DNA of 64,000 bases from Patescibacteria group bacterium (GTDB lineage: Bacteria > Patescibacteriota > Patescibacteriia > UBA1558 > GWA2-36-10). The position numbers and the translations under genes are program-made. Positions within the stretch are counted from its first letter, which is position 1. Every line of letters begins with the position of its first letter. The DNA is taken from the NCBI GenBank assembly GCA_018819405.1, contig JAHJQF010000001.1:753469-817468 (forward strand), written 5' to 3'. Below, piece after piece: positions 1 to 10,540 of this stretch. The notes beneath the pieces are model-generated. The model saw nothing but the letters and a program-made list of their open reading frames with translations, was not told the DNA's origin and did not search any database.

Positions 1-620
1 TAGATATTTTAAAAGAAAAAAATATCAAAGCTACTTTCTTTCTTGTTGGTTCACAAATACCAGCCAGAGAAAATATTGTCAAAAGAATTGTTGATGAAGG
101 CCATGAAATAGGAGTACATGAATGGTCGCAAGAAGGTCTACCAACGCCTGAGGCCATGAAAAATCCGCGTGAATACGCCAAAAGATTTATCGGTCCCAGA
201 CAAGATTTGGGGGATGTCAAAAAAACCAAAGACCTAATAACCAAAGTTAGTGGTCAAGAACCAAAACTAAGTAGAATGGCCGGAGTGCATGCGACTGTCG
301 ATAGTCTGCGTGAATTCCAAGCTATGAATCTGGATATCATACATGCCGATCCATACGATGTTTTGTTTATACCGCCAAGTAAAAAAATAGACTCCAAAAA
401 ATTACTCTCCCGAGCTCTAAAAAATAATGGCCACGGCAAAATCAGGCTCTTTCACATCGGGGCTATGACTGATCAAGGCATACCTTTGAGCAAAGACGAA
501 GTAGATATTGAAAATGGAGAAGTATATCCTCCAGAACAAACTCTGAAGATGATCAAAAGGTACATTGAAGACAGTCAAAGACAAGGTTATCAATTTGTGG
601 GTATAAAAGAATATATATAA
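1..620 (+). CDS. polysaccharide deacetylase (NodB/CE4 domain), 5'-partial; ORF continues upstream of window
   Basis: Frame beginning at nt 3 reads ...KATFFLVGSQ...DEGHEIGVHEW..., which are NodB-type motifs. The M at 156 is internal. Confidence 0.7.
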   Translation, partial: DILKEKNIKATFFLVGSQIPARENIVKRIVDEGHEIGVHEWSQEGLPTPEAMKNPREYAKRFIGPRQDLGDVKKTKDLITKVSGQEPKLSRMAGVHATVDSLREFQAMNLDIIHADPYDVLFIPPSKKIDSKKLLSRALKNNGHGKIRLFHIGAMTDQGIPLSKDEVDIENGEVYPPEQTLKMIKRYIEDSQRQGYQFVGIKEYI

Positions 621-622
621 AT

Positions 623-1117
623 ATGAAAAAATATACTTACCAGCAAAATAAAAAATACTATAACTCTTTGGATAAGAAGAGAATATCTGTTGGTACTTTA
701 TTTTTTGATAGCCAAGACAAACTCTTACTTGTAAAACCAACTTATAAAGATCATTGGGTTCTGGTAGGTGGCACTGTAGACAAAAATGAATCACCCCTGA
801 CCGCTGCCATTAGAGAAACAAAAGAAGAGTTAGACTTAACTGTCAAAAATTTGAGATTAATATCCGTAGAATACAAAAAATTTGATATCTACAAAAATGA
901 AGCTTTATTTTTTCTGTTTTATGGCGGCAGGTTATCAACCAAACAAATAAACAAAATAAAACTTCCCTATAGTGAATTATTAGATTTTAAATTTGTCAAT
1001 ATAAATAGTGCCAAAAAATTACTCAGCCTAACAATGGGCAGTAAATTGAACGCCTGTAGTAAAGCTATAAAAAACAAAACAATTGCCTATCATGAAAATG
1101 GTAAACAGCTAATATGA
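623..1117 (+). CDS. NUDIX hydrolase
   Basis: Nudix box GGTVDKNESPLTAAIRETKEELDL (GX5EX7REUXEEXGU). Confidence 0.75.
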   Translation: MKKYTYQQNKKYYNSLDKKRISVGTLFFDSQDKLLLVKPTYKDHWVLVGGTVDKNESPLTAAIRETKEELDLTVKNLRLISVEYKKFDIYKNEALFFLFYGGRLSTKQINKIKLPYSELLDFKFVNINSAKKLLSLTMGSKLNACSKAIKNKTIAYHENGKQLI

Positions 1118-2205
1118 TTTACAAAAAAATAATCAGACCAATACTATTTTTGACCCCAGCTGAGTTTGCTCATGATTTGGCGCTTTTTTATCTGTCAATT
1201 TATAATAAAGTAAATTTTTTAAATAATATTTTATTCCATGTCTTAGGTACGACCACACCGCGTTTGAGACAAAAATTATTTGGTTTGTATTTCCGTACTC
1301 CTATAGGGCTACCAGCTGGAATGGACAAAAATATCAAGGCCCCGCGTACCTGGTCTAGTTTTGGTTTTGCTTGGTGCCAACTCGGTTCCATTACTTATAT
1401 GCCCCAAAAAGGCAATCCTAAACCCAGACTATGGCGTCTAAAACAGGATAAAGGTCTAGTTATAAATTATGGCTTATCAAATTTGGGAGCCAAAAAATCA
1501 GCCGAGATTTTGGCTAATGTCAAAAAGAGTAGAGGACTATGGTCAATTAGTATTGCCAAAAGCAATGACACGCCTATGGAACAAGCAGCCCAAGATTATG
1601 AAAAATCATTTAATATCCTGGGGAAATATGCTGATATAATTACTATCAATCTGAGCTGTCCAAATGTCAAAAATTTTGGTGGCTTACAAAAGCCCGAACT
1701 CTTGGAACCAATTTTGACAAAAATCACCAAAATAAATACCCATAAAAAACCAATCTGGATAAAAATTGGCATTGACCTAAACAAAGATGAACTTGACGGA
1801 ATTATAAGTCTGGTTAAAAAATATAAAATTGATGCTATAGTAGCTACTAATCTTTCCAAAGATAAAAGCCAACTTACTTTGAAATCACCAAATCAGTCCA
1901 AGCCGGGCAGCGTCTCTGGTCTTCCTATTCAGCAAAAGGCCGATAAGATAATTGCCTATCTTTACCAAAACTGCGAAAATAAATTTAAAATAATCGGCAC
2001 TGGCGGGATTTTTGATGCTCAAGATGCTTATACCAAAATAAAAGCCGGCGCTTCGCTCCTGCAAGTAGCTACCGGATTTATCTACGGAGGGCCAACTACA
2101 ATCCGAAATATAAATTTGGGCCTGGATAAGCTCTTGGCTAAAAATAACTTTAAACATATTTCTCAAGCCGTGGGTATAGAAGCCAAAAATTACAAATATG
2201 AATAA
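1114..2205 (+). CDS. pyrD: dihydroorotate dehydrogenase (quinone-type)
   Basis: Motifs NLSCPNV and IIGTGGIFDAQDAYTKIKAGASLLQVATGFIYGGP. Length 363 aa. Start overlaps the upstream stop by 4 nt. Confidence 0.8.
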   Translation: MIYKKIIRPILFLTPAEFAHDLALFYLSIYNKVNFLNNILFHVLGTTTPRLRQKLFGLYFRTPIGLPAGMDKNIKAPRTWSSFGFAWCQLGSITYMPQKGNPKPRLWRLKQDKGLVINYGLSNLGAKKSAEILANVKKSRGLWSISIAKSNDTPMEQAAQDYEKSFNILGKYADIITINLSCPNVKNFGGLQKPELLEPILTKITKINTHKKPIWIKIGIDLNKDELDGIISLVKKYKIDAIVATNLSKDKSQLTLKSPNQSKPGSVSGLPIQQKADKIIAYLYQNCENKFKIIGTGGIFDAQDAYTKIKAGASLLQVATGFIYGGPTTIRNINLGLDKLLAKNNFKHISQAVGIEAKNYKYE

Positions 2206-3718
2206 AAAATATCAGGATTATTATAAATACCGCGCCTTAGAAATATTACCAGGCTTTTTGGTTTGGACAACTTTTATAGTTGCTATATCCCTGTCTTTTC
2301 TAGCACCGCTCAAGGCTATTTATTTTATTATTGTTTTTGATGTCTACTTTGTCTTGAGAGTCCTTTATATGCTGATATTTTTGCTGATGAGCTGGTTCAA
2401 ATATCGCCAGGCAATCAGGACTGACTGGTGGAAATTTTTACAAACCACCCACAAACACTGGCCCGAGTATTATCATATTATATTTCTGCCGACAGCCGGT
2501 GAGCCTTTTGAAATAGTAGATACTACTTTTGACAACTTGGTCAACAAGACAAAATATGACCATAAAAAAATGATTATTGTCTTAGCCGGAGAAGAAAGAT
2601 ATGAAAACCAATTTAGAATAATTGCTGACCAAATAATCCAAAAATATTCTGAAAATTTTCACAAAATACTTGTCACTATCCACCCTGACAATGTAGAAGG
2701 GGAGATAAAAGGCAAGGGATCCAATTTATATTATGCTGGATATGAAACCAAAAAATATATTGATGATCAGGGATTTGATTATAAAAAGTTAATTGTTTCT
2801 ACTTTTGACATTGATACTATTTCTCATCCGGATTATTTTGCTTATTTGACCCATAAATTTCTAGCCCACAAAAACCCTTATAAAGTCAGTTTCCAGCCTA
2901 TGGCTTTTTATCACAACAACGTCTGGCAGTCTGATATTATCACTCGGGTGGTAGCCAACTCCACTACTTTTTGGTTGCTGACAGATCTAGCTCGTCCTGA
3001 CAGACTTTTTACTTTTTCTTCTCACTCTATGAGCTGGCAAGCACTAGTAGATATCGGATTTTGGCAAAACAATATTGTCACGGAAGACTCGCGTATATTT
3101 TTGCAGTGCTTGATAAAATATAATGGTGACTACAAAGTAGAGCCTATGCATATACCAGTTTCTATGAATACAGTCTATGTTGGCCAGATAAAACGCAGTT
3201 TGATAAATCAATATAAACAAATGCGTCGCTGGGCCTACGGAGTAGAGCATTTTCCTTATATGGTCTGGAGGTTTAGACAAAATAAAATGATACCCGCCAG
3301 TAAAAAATGGATATATGTGTGGAATCAAACTGAAGGAATATATTCTTGGGCAACAGTACCAATCCTTGTAATGTTTATGGGCTATTTACCGCTCTGGGTA
3401 GCTGAAAAGCAAAACCTGACTAATGTCCTGACCCAAAATGCCCCAATAGTACTGGAGCAAATTATGCGTTTTGGTATGATTGGTATTTTCCTAATCGCTA
3501 TTATGAGTGTTATTATATTGCCGCCCATGCCAAAAAACTTTGACAGAAAAATCAGTTCAAAAATTTTTAGATATTTACTGATGTTTGTCCAGTGGCTGAT
3601 ATTTCCGGTGACCATGATAATTTTTGGTTCTATCCCAGCTGTTGATGCCCAGACCAGACTGATGCTTGGCAAATATCTTGGTTTTTGGGTAACTGAAAAA
3701 AATCATCTTGATAATTAA
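2198..3718 (+). CDS. processive family-2 glycosyltransferase (membrane-embedded synthase)
   Basis: Multiple TM segments. Contains the TED motif (VTEDSRIF) and a Q(x)xRW motif (QYKQMRRWAYG), typical of processive GT2 beta-glycan synthases. Confidence 0.55.
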   Translation: MNKKYQDYYKYRALEILPGFLVWTTFIVAISLSFLAPLKAIYFIIVFDVYFVLRVLYMLIFLLMSWFKYRQAIRTDWWKFLQTTHKHWPEYYHIIFLPTAGEPFEIVDTTFDNLVNKTKYDHKKMIIVLAGEERYENQFRIIADQIIQKYSENFHKILVTIHPDNVEGEIKGKGSNLYYAGYETKKYIDDQGFDYKKLIVSTFDIDTISHPDYFAYLTHKFLAHKNPYKVSFQPMAFYHNNVWQSDIITRVVANSTTFWLLTDLARPDRLFTFSSHSMSWQALVDIGFWQNNIVTEDSRIFLQCLIKYNGDYKVEPMHIPVSMNTVYVGQIKRSLINQYKQMRRWAYGVEHFPYMVWRFRQNKMIPASKKWIYVWNQTEGIYSWATVPILVMFMGYLPLWVAEKQNLTNVLTQNAPIVLEQIMRFGMIGIFLIAIMSVIILPPMPKNFDRKISSKIFRYLLMFVQWLIFPVTMIIFGSIPAVDAQTRLMLGKYLGFWVTEKNHLDN

Positions 3719-3744
3719 AAATTTATAAATATTAATTTTAATAT

Positions 3745-5292
3745 ATGATTAAAATAAAACAAAAAGTCTTTATTTTTTCACTATCTTTTTTTGGCCTAAT
3801 AGTCTTTGCACAATTTGCCAAAGCCGTTACTGTTGCTATCGGTCCAAATGCCAGTGAGATAAAACAAACTTATGTCGGCAGTTTTTTGGTAGAGGACAAT
3901 AATTTCCAACACCGCTATTGGTATATTGAGCCCACTAGTCAAGAAAGGTATTTAATAAAAGATGGTGTCAGTGTCTCCAAACTACTCAAAAAAATCGGCG
4001 AAGCCACTCACAACATCGAGCTAGATAAAATATCATCTGACTACAACAAGGCCTATGACAATAGAGGTGAAATACTTATTCAAGTTGATGAAAAGGGTGA
4101 AGCTTGGTATATCAATCCTATAGATTTAAAAAAATACTATTTACAAAATGGTAAAGATGGCTTTGCTACTATCCAAAAATTAGCTTTAGATATTTCGACA
4201 GTCAAACTCAATGCTATACCAATTACCAAAGATCCTGAATTTGATTTAAACTCAGACTTTGATATTAATTTTGGCATGTATAACACTGTCAAAGAAACCC
4301 TAAAAAATAATTTTTTCAAACCTGATAAAGTAAAAGATTTGGATCTTTTTTATGGCTCACTAAAAGGCATGTCCGACTCTCTGGGCGATCAATATACCAC
4401 ATTTTATACACCCAATAAAAATACTCAATTTAAAGAAAGACTAGAAGGCCAGGTAGAGGGTATTGGCGCTATGGTTGACACCATAAATGGCCTATTTACT
4501 ATTATTAGCCCCTTAGAGGGCTCACCAGCTCAAAGAGTTGGGCTGTTGCCTGACGATCAAGTTCTATTTGTAGATGGTGTAGATATCAGTGGATACTTAT
4601 TAGAAGATGCCACCGAACTTATCAAAGGTCCCGCCGGCACTGAAGTAACTCTTAATGTTTATAGACCAAGTGAAAACAAATATTTTGATTTGACTATTAC
4701 CCGGGAAAAAATACAAGTTCAAAATGTGAGCGCAAAAATGTTAAACAATAATATTGCCTATATAAAGATAAATATGTTTTCGCTAAACACTAAGTCTGAA
4801 TTTGACAACATCAAAAATAATTTTATCAAAGATGATACTCGTGGAATTATTATTGACTTGCGAAATAACCCAGGTGGTTACACTGACCCCTCGGTAAATA
4901 TAGCCGATTACTTTTTGCCTGAAGGTGTACCAATATTTTTTGAAGAATTTCCAAATATAAGTTATCAATATACTTCACGTATAGACAAAGAAATAGATAT
5001 ACCAACTGTAATTTTGGTCAATGGCGGCACTGCCTCAGCGGCAGAAATATTTAGCTCCGCTTTACAGGAAAATGGCCGAGCTCAATTGGTGGGTCAGCTT
5101 ACTTTTGGTAAAGGTACTGGTCAGAGTTTACAAAATTTTGCTGATGGCAGCGCCCTCAAGTACACTATCTTTGAATGGTTAACCGCCAAAAGAAACTCTA
5201 TAGAAGATGTTGGCATTACTCCTGATTACATTGTAGAAAATAACCCTTATAGTGATTTACAATTGCAAAAAGCTCTGGATTTGCTAAAATAA
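3745..5292 (+). CDS. S41 family C-terminal processing peptidase with PDZ domain
   Basis: N-terminal signal peptide. PDZ-like GSPAQRVGLLPDDQVLFVDG. S41 motifs IIDLRNNPGGY and NGGTASAAEIFSSAL. Confidence 0.85.
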   Translation: MIKIKQKVFIFSLSFFGLIVFAQFAKAVTVAIGPNASEIKQTYVGSFLVEDNNFQHRYWYIEPTSQERYLIKDGVSVSKLLKKIGEATHNIELDKISSDYNKAYDNRGEILIQVDEKGEAWYINPIDLKKYYLQNGKDGFATIQKLALDISTVKLNAIPITKDPEFDLNSDFDINFGMYNTVKETLKNNFFKPDKVKDLDLFYGSLKGMSDSLGDQYTTFYTPNKNTQFKERLEGQVEGIGAMVDTINGLFTIISPLEGSPAQRVGLLPDDQVLFVDGVDISGYLLEDATELIKGPAGTEVTLNVYRPSENKYFDLTITREKIQVQNVSAKMLNNNIAYIKINMFSLNTKSEFDNIKNNFIKDDTRGIIIDLRNNPGGYTDPSVNIADYFLPEGVPIFFEEFPNISYQYTSRIDKEIDIPTVILVNGGTASAAEIFSSALQENGRAQLVGQLTFGKGTGQSLQNFADGSALKYTIFEWLTAKRNSIEDVGITPDYIVENNPYSDLQLQKALDLLK

Positions 5293-5324
5293 GATTAGCT
5301 ATCTAAAAAATTAATATTTTTTAT

Positions 5325-5918
5325 ATGAGCCTTGAACAAGTACCACTGGAAACAAAAAAATCTGAAATGGACACTTTACTCGATCAATTGCAGGCTTTAG
5401 ATAAAACTTCAGCTGATTATGAAAAGCAAAAATCCGCACTTTTAGAGCAAATGAAACCACTGTCTGAAAATATAGCCGAAGAAAAAAAGATGGCTGATTT
5501 GGGTGGGCGGGAAAAGGAATTTTATTTTGCAAATGTGCTTGATGATCTTCAAAGAATTGCCGATACCAAACTACCGAGAGCTGAAATTGAAAGCGAAGCT
5601 AGCGAAAATAAAGAAACATCTGCCGATCTATTACAATATCGTAAAAATATTTTAGAAAGTGTCCAAAGTTTGATAAATACTGGACACAAGCTCCAAAAAT
5701 TTTTAGAGGGAAGAGACTTTTTGATAAAAAAAAGATTTTCTGACGCTGATAAACAACTTATAGCAGGTAAAATACAAATTATTATTGACCAAGTATTAGC
5801 TGATATGTCTGACTACAACCCCAACGATATAGCTAGCGCTAAAAAAACTCATGAAAATATTCAACAGGCTTTTGCCCGATTTACTATCATAATGAAAACA
5901 TATAATTTAAAATACTAA
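5325..5918 (+). CDS. hypothetical protein (charged, coiled-coil-like)
   Basis: Long ORF, host-like AT-rich composition, no recognisable motif. Confidence 0.4.
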   Translation: MSLEQVPLETKKSEMDTLLDQLQALDKTSADYEKQKSALLEQMKPLSENIAEEKKMADLGGREKEFYFANVLDDLQRIADTKLPRAEIESEASENKETSADLLQYRKNILESVQSLINTGHKLQKFLEGRDFLIKKRFSDADKQLIAGKIQIIIDQVLADMSDYNPNDIASAKKTHENIQQAFARFTIIMKTYNLKY

Positions 5919-5948
5919 AAAAGAATCTGGAATGCCCTATGAACAAAT

Positions 5949-6893
5949 CTAACTAAATTTTTGAGACAAATATTTAAAGTAGCCGCGGACAAACTCTGCG
6001 GCTTTTAGTATCTTTTTATTAGCTGGCTGTAGTTCCAAAATTTTCAATGATTTTTCACTTGTACCAACTACCAAATCATTATTTATTTCACCAGGTGTCA
6101 AAGCAATATCTACTACTTCTGTTTTTAGTATTTTGATATCCAAATCTCCCAGCTTGGTATAAGCTGACGGCCAAGGATAAAATGCTCTGACTTGATTATG
6201 AATTTCTTGAGCAGATTTTTGCCAGTCAATACGCCCGTCTTCTTTGCTAATCATTTTACAATATGTTGCTTTATCGTCATCCTGAGGTAGGGGACTAATT
6301 TTACCAGCCAAATAATCTGGTAATTTTTCTGACAATATTTGAGCTCCTATGATAGCCAATCGCTGCGATAGTTCAATATAGCTCTCATTAGGGTCTATTT
6401 TGACCTGAATTTGGCCTAAAATTGGCCCGTGATCCATTTTTTTGTCCAGTTGCATAAGTGATAGCCCAGTGGACTCAAAACCTCTTAAAATAGCCGTTTG
6501 AATAGGACTAGGACCGCGTAGCTCAGGGAGCATAGAAGGATGAATATTAATAGCTGGCAACTGAGATAAATCGAGTATTTCTTGAGGAATAATTTTACCA
6601 TAAGCTACTACCAAAAAAGTAGCCGGCAAATATTTCTTGAGAGCATTAGTAAAAGATTGATCCAGTTTTTCTGGTTCCAAAATAGCTATATTGTTTTCCA
6701 AAGCATATTCTTTGACAGGGGAGCTAGCCATTTTTTTACCACGTCCGGTCTGACGATCAGGTTGAGTAATGACCAAAGACAAAAATCCCAAATCATGAAC
6801 AGATTTTAAAGAAGGCAGCGCAAACTCTGGCGTGCCCCAAAAAATTATTTTTGTACTAAGTGAAGTTAAAGTGTTATTTTGATTGAGCATCAA
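5949..6893 (-). CDS. fmt: methionyl-tRNA formyltransferase
   Basis: IIFWGTPEFA, TQPDRQTGRGKK and INIHPSMLPELRGPSPIQ motifs. Located downstream of def. Confidence 0.9.
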   Translation of the reverse strand: MMLNQNNTLTSLSTKIIFWGTPEFALPSLKSVHDLGFLSLVITQPDRQTGRGKKMASSPVKEYALENNIAILEPEKLDQSFTNALKKYLPATFLVVAYGKIIPQEILDLSQLPAINIHPSMLPELRGPSPIQTAILRGFESTGLSLMQLDKKMDHGPILGQIQVKIDPNESYIELSQRLAIIGAQILSEKLPDYLAGKISPLPQDDDKATYCKMISKEDGRIDWQKSAQEIHNQVRAFYPWPSAYTKLGDLDIKILKTEVVDIALTPGEINNDLVVGTSEKSLKILELQPANKKILKAAEFVRGYFKYLSQKFS

Positions 6894-7449
6894 TTTTCTT
6901 TTTTAGATCATCTAATATTTCCTGACCTTTGGTAATTTTACTAGCCCGATCAATAAATAATATTCCGTCCAAGTGATCTACCTCGTGCTGTATGACTACC
7001 GCATCCATACCTTTTACTTTTTCTTTGACAACATTACCATCTAGGTCTTGATATTTTACATGAATTTTTTTAGGACGAGATACAAAGCCAAATATTTGAG
7101 GCAGCGACAAACAGCCCTCTTCACTACTAGCCTTATCTCTAGAGCGATAGGTGATTTCAGGATTTATATAAGACTTATATTTTCCTTGACCAAGACCCAA
7201 TACAATTATTCTTAGGCTTTTAGACACCTGCGGACCAGCTAGGCCAATACCATCGTCTTGATACATAGCTTCAGACATTTGCTCAGCCAATTTTTTCAGA
7301 TCATCATTAAATTCACTAATTTCCTTAGCTCTTTTACGTAAAATTGAATCTGGATATTTAGCAATATTTAGCATATCTAATACTATAATATAAAATTGCT
7401 TTTTTGTCAATCCTAAACAACTATTTATATGACTTACAGGACAGACCAC
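6874..7449 (-). CDS. def: peptide deformylase
   Basis: GIGLAGPQV, EGCLSLP and HEVDHLDG motifs. Overlaps the fmt start by 20 nt, the classic def-fmt pair. Confidence 0.9.
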   Translation of the reverse strand: MVCPVSHINSCLGLTKKQFYIIVLDMLNIAKYPDSILRKRAKEISEFNDDLKKLAEQMSEAMYQDDGIGLAGPQVSKSLRIIVLGLGQGKYKSYINPEITYRSRDKASSEEGCLSLPQIFGFVSRPKKIHVKYQDLDGNVVKEKVKGMDAVVIQHEVDHLDGILFIDRASKITKGQEILDDLKKKIDAQSK

Positions 7450-7486
7450 TAATGACTAAAAAACATTTATTTGCTAATATATTAAT

Positions 7487-7738
7487 ATGCAACAAATAGC
7501 TGATATATTCAAAGATAAAAAAGACATAAAAAAAGCCCCGGCCTACCAGTGGCAAGATTTTGCTCTCAAAATTATAGAGGAATTGGGCGTGCCAAATTTC
7601 AAACGCAATTCGGTCTTTAAAATTTGCAAAGACTATGACCGAGTATTTGTAGAAAAATGTCTAGATGACACCAAAGAGTTGGCACAAGGAGGCGACAAAT
7701 GGAAATATTTTTTTAAATTAATTGCTAATAAAAAATAA
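7487..7738 (+). CDS. hypothetical protein
   Basis: 83-aa ORF, host composition, directly followed by the next ORF. Confidence 0.4.
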   Translation: MQQIADIFKDKKDIKKAPAYQWQDFALKIIEELGVPNFKRNSVFKICKDYDRVFVEKCLDDTKELAQGGDKWKYFFKLIANKK

Positions 7739-8047
7739 ATGACTCAAGAACAAGAACGAAAAATTTTAAAAATAATCTGGTATTTATTAATTAGTTTAGT
7801 CCTTGGTATTTTTCCATACCTGTTAATAAGGCATTTTGAAATTTTTGATTGGTCTGAAATGGGGCCTTTTACAAAAGTTCAACTGGTGATTCTAATTTTG
7901 CAAATTTTTCTCATTATTCCTCTTATAAAAACATATGACCGAAAAATGCATGATCAATTAAGTATTGATAAGCTACGAGCTAACGTCGTTATTAGTTTTC
8001 TGGTCGCAGTATGGGTTTTTCTTTATATTTTACTTTTTGATTTTTGA
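7739..8047 (+). CDS. hypothetical small membrane protein (3 predicted TM)
   Basis: Hydrophobic stretches LLISLVLGIFPYLL, VILILQIFLIIPL and VISFLVAVWVFLYILLF. Confidence 0.45.
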   Translation: MTQEQERKILKIIWYLLISLVLGIFPYLLIRHFEIFDWSEMGPFTKVQLVILILQIFLIIPLIKTYDRKMHDQLSIDKLRANVVISFLVAVWVFLYILLFDF

Positions 8048-8059
8048 AATTATATTACC

Positions 8060-8093
8060 AAAAAACCCGCCGAGCTTCTCTCGGCGGGTTTTA
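8060..8093. terminator. bidirectional rho-independent terminator
   Basis: aaaaaa-CCCGCCGAG-cttctc-TCGGCGGG-ttttaaatt. A GC hairpin with an A-run on one side and a T-run on the other, lying between convergent genes. Confidence 0.7.
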
Positions 8094-8095
8094 AA

Positions 8096-8884
8096 TTAGA
8101 ATTTAAAATGCTCAACTAAATATCCTATACCAAACGGCGCTTCATAGCTCAGTTTTTCCGGTTGATAGTTGAGCTCTTTTATTATTCCCAAAAGTATAAT
8201 CAAAGATCTAAGTCCACATTCACCAGCCTCTTGGATAAGCTCAGGGTCTATATGTATCACACCACTTATATCTTTTTCTTCCAAAAGTTTGATAAGTGTT
8301 TGATCAAATTCTTGCGCCCTTGGTGAATAACCAGCCGGAGAATCCTGATGAAGCCTGTGAGACAAATCACCAGAAGCAATTACAGCGATTCGTTTATCAG
8401 ATAGATTAATCTGACGACGAATTATTTCTCCAAACTTTATATGGTCTTCATATGACAAGCTAGAATATCCCACACTAACTATTTTTACTCCGGGTAAATG
8501 TTGAGCCAGATAAAACAGTGGCACAGAACTTCCATAATCAAGATCCCTATCGGCAGTCAAAATCAAAGGAAAAAATTCTTCACATGATTCTTTAATTTTA
8601 TAGCCAAAGCCAATCTCATTGCCAAAATCTATTTTGGTCACCAAATCACCAAAGTCCTTAAAATTGACTGTTAAATTTGGATACTGATTGATAGTAAAAA
8701 AATCTCCACCTTTTTTGTTGGCATGTGGGGATATTACCAATAAAACATCCGGTTTTACAGAATACAAATCATTCTCTAGATGCTTCAAAGACTCTATAGT
8801 ATCTTTTAATTTATCAATGTTTTCTTTGCCCACCTCTGGGATCAAAACCGGAGAATGAGGGACAAAGGCTGCAAAACTAATCAT
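8096..8884 (-). CDS. LigB-family class III extradiol dioxygenase-like protein (YgiD/DODA-like)
   Basis: N-terminal FAAFVPHSPVLIP (HxSP) motif and ~260 aa length are typical of 4,5-DOPA-dioxygenase-like proteins. Confidence 0.5.
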   Translation of the reverse strand: MISFAAFVPHSPVLIPEVGKENIDKLKDTIESLKHLENDLYSVKPDVLLVISPHANKKGGDFFTINQYPNLTVNFKDFGDLVTKIDFGNEIGFGYKIKESCEEFFPLILTADRDLDYGSSVPLFYLAQHLPGVKIVSVGYSSLSYEDHIKFGEIIRRQINLSDKRIAVIASGDLSHRLHQDSPAGYSPRAQEFDQTLIKLLEEKDISGVIHIDPELIQEAGECGLRSLIILLGIIKELNYQPEKLSYEAPFGIGYLVEHFKF

Positions 8885-8889
8885 TAAAT

Positions 8890-10377
8890 TTATTTAACAG
8901 AGGTTAATTCTTGACTTGGTAATGGCTCACCAATTTTGTGTAAATTCATCAGTTTGGTGGATACAGTTTTAACATTAACCCAAGAATAGCCTAGTTTTTC
9001 AAAAGTATAAGCATCAGGTATCCAACGTTTATAGCCATCTGATATTACATATACACTGCTGTCAGTATCTTTTTTAATCAAGGTGCCATCAGCCAGTTTT
9101 ATTGGGGTAGATAATGGAGTTTCTTCCAAAGTCTTAGCAGTCACTACTTTTATTTCCAGTTCTGGATAGTTCAAACCTATTATTTCCGCATCTATTATCT
9201 GGTGTTTTTTACCGTCCTTTACTAAATAATAAGTTTCACTGTCCATGGCCTGCCATATTTCTTCAAACGGACTGGCGTTAGTTGCTAGATCTTCACCGTT
9301 TTGATAATAAGCTAATTCAATATCAGTGACTGGTTCTACCTCAGCTGGATTAAAACCTAGTTGACGGAAAGCTTCGTCAGACACTATCAAGCGTTTAGTC
9401 AAACCATCTATCAAATATTTTTGACTAGCTGGTGATTCAAGTACAGAATAATTAGCATGGGCAATAGGGGCTCCGTTTTCATAATTGTTTAGATCCTGCC
9501 CGTCAATCAATAAGACTTTGGCTGGGTCATATCTGGAGATAAGCGAGCTCATATCAGCAAAGGCTCTTTTCTGGCCATCTTCAATTAAATATATTGTGCC
9601 GTCCTGGCTATCTTTGGCTTTTACCAAAGCCCCGTCAGGGAAAATACCAAGTAATGTTATGATTGGAGGAATTATTTCACCTGGCTCACCACCAAAACCA
9701 AACTGAGACCATAAAGTGGCAAACAAACTATTGCCATGCACATGCGGAGTGTAAAGATACATAGCGGCTGTGATGGCATTTGCCGGAGTGACTACTGTAC
9801 CTTTTGAAGTACAGGGCAAAAATGGATTTGGGTCATCAGCACAAGCCGGCTGACCAGGTTTCCAGTTGTAACTATAGATATTGTCTACAAACCACCTAAA
9901 TTGTTGAGCAGCTGCTCTGACTTGTTTACCAAATCCGCTAGTACGAAAGTCACAACCTCCACTATCAGGACAAGCATAACCCATAGCATATTTAAGTTGG
10001 TTTTCCACAATATCATGGTCGGTTATCAAACTCATTTCTTTTTCTAGCATAGTCAAGAGAAATTGTGGATTTACTTTTGACTCTTGGGCAGAATTATATA
10101 TAATCTCGGCCGCTGTCCTAGTCTTAAAATACTTTTTATCAGGATCAAGTGCCAGTTGACTAGGTGAAGGATTATTACCCATATATGTATAATCAGCCAA
10201 ATAACTATTTTTTGACTCTAGCCAAGTTTGTATATCATCAGTATCCATTGTCTGATAATTGTTGAACTCGGCATCTGAGACAATATTATTATAATCTACT
10301 GCCGCTTGAGCAAAAATAGGAAATATAAAGAAAAACAAAGCTAAAATTGGTATTTTCTTCTTGAAAAAATAAGTCAT
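8890..10377 (-). CDS. secreted hypothetical protein
   Basis: Signal peptide KKKIPILALFFFIFPIFAQA. 495 aa with no recognised catalytic motif. Confidence 0.5.
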   Translation of the reverse strand: MTYFFKKKIPILALFFFIFPIFAQAAVDYNNIVSDAEFNNYQTMDTDDIQTWLESKNSYLADYTYMGNNPSPSQLALDPDKKYFKTRTAAEIIYNSAQESKVNPQFLLTMLEKEMSLITDHDIVENQLKYAMGYACPDSGGCDFRTSGFGKQVRAAAQQFRWFVDNIYSYNWKPGQPACADDPNPFLPCTSKGTVVTPANAITAAMYLYTPHVHGNSLFATLWSQFGFGGEPGEIIPPIITLLGIFPDGALVKAKDSQDGTIYLIEDGQKRAFADMSSLISRYDPAKVLLIDGQDLNNYENGAPIAHANYSVLESPASQKYLIDGLTKRLIVSDEAFRQLGFNPAEVEPVTDIELAYYQNGEDLATNASPFEEIWQAMDSETYYLVKDGKKHQIIDAEIIGLNYPELEIKVVTAKTLEETPLSTPIKLADGTLIKKDTDSSVYVISDGYKRWIPDAYTFEKLGYSWVNVKTVSTKLMNLHKIGEPLPSQELTSVK

Positions 10378-10540
10378 GTTTTTAGGTTATTTATTATTTT
10401 TAGTTTATTTATTATAGCAAAAAAATCAACATCTGACCATTGATTTTTAAAGGCCAATAAGCTAAAATCAAAGTATGTCCAGTAAAAAATTCTAATACTA
10501 GCTAATACTGGGATAAAATAAAATAACTATTGATTTCTAA

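Noticed and set aside
10378-10540. Possible RNA gene in the divergent intergenic region between the secreted protein and thpR
   Set aside because: AT-rich sequence with no conserved structure or GC enrichment. Consistent with a plain divergent promoter region.
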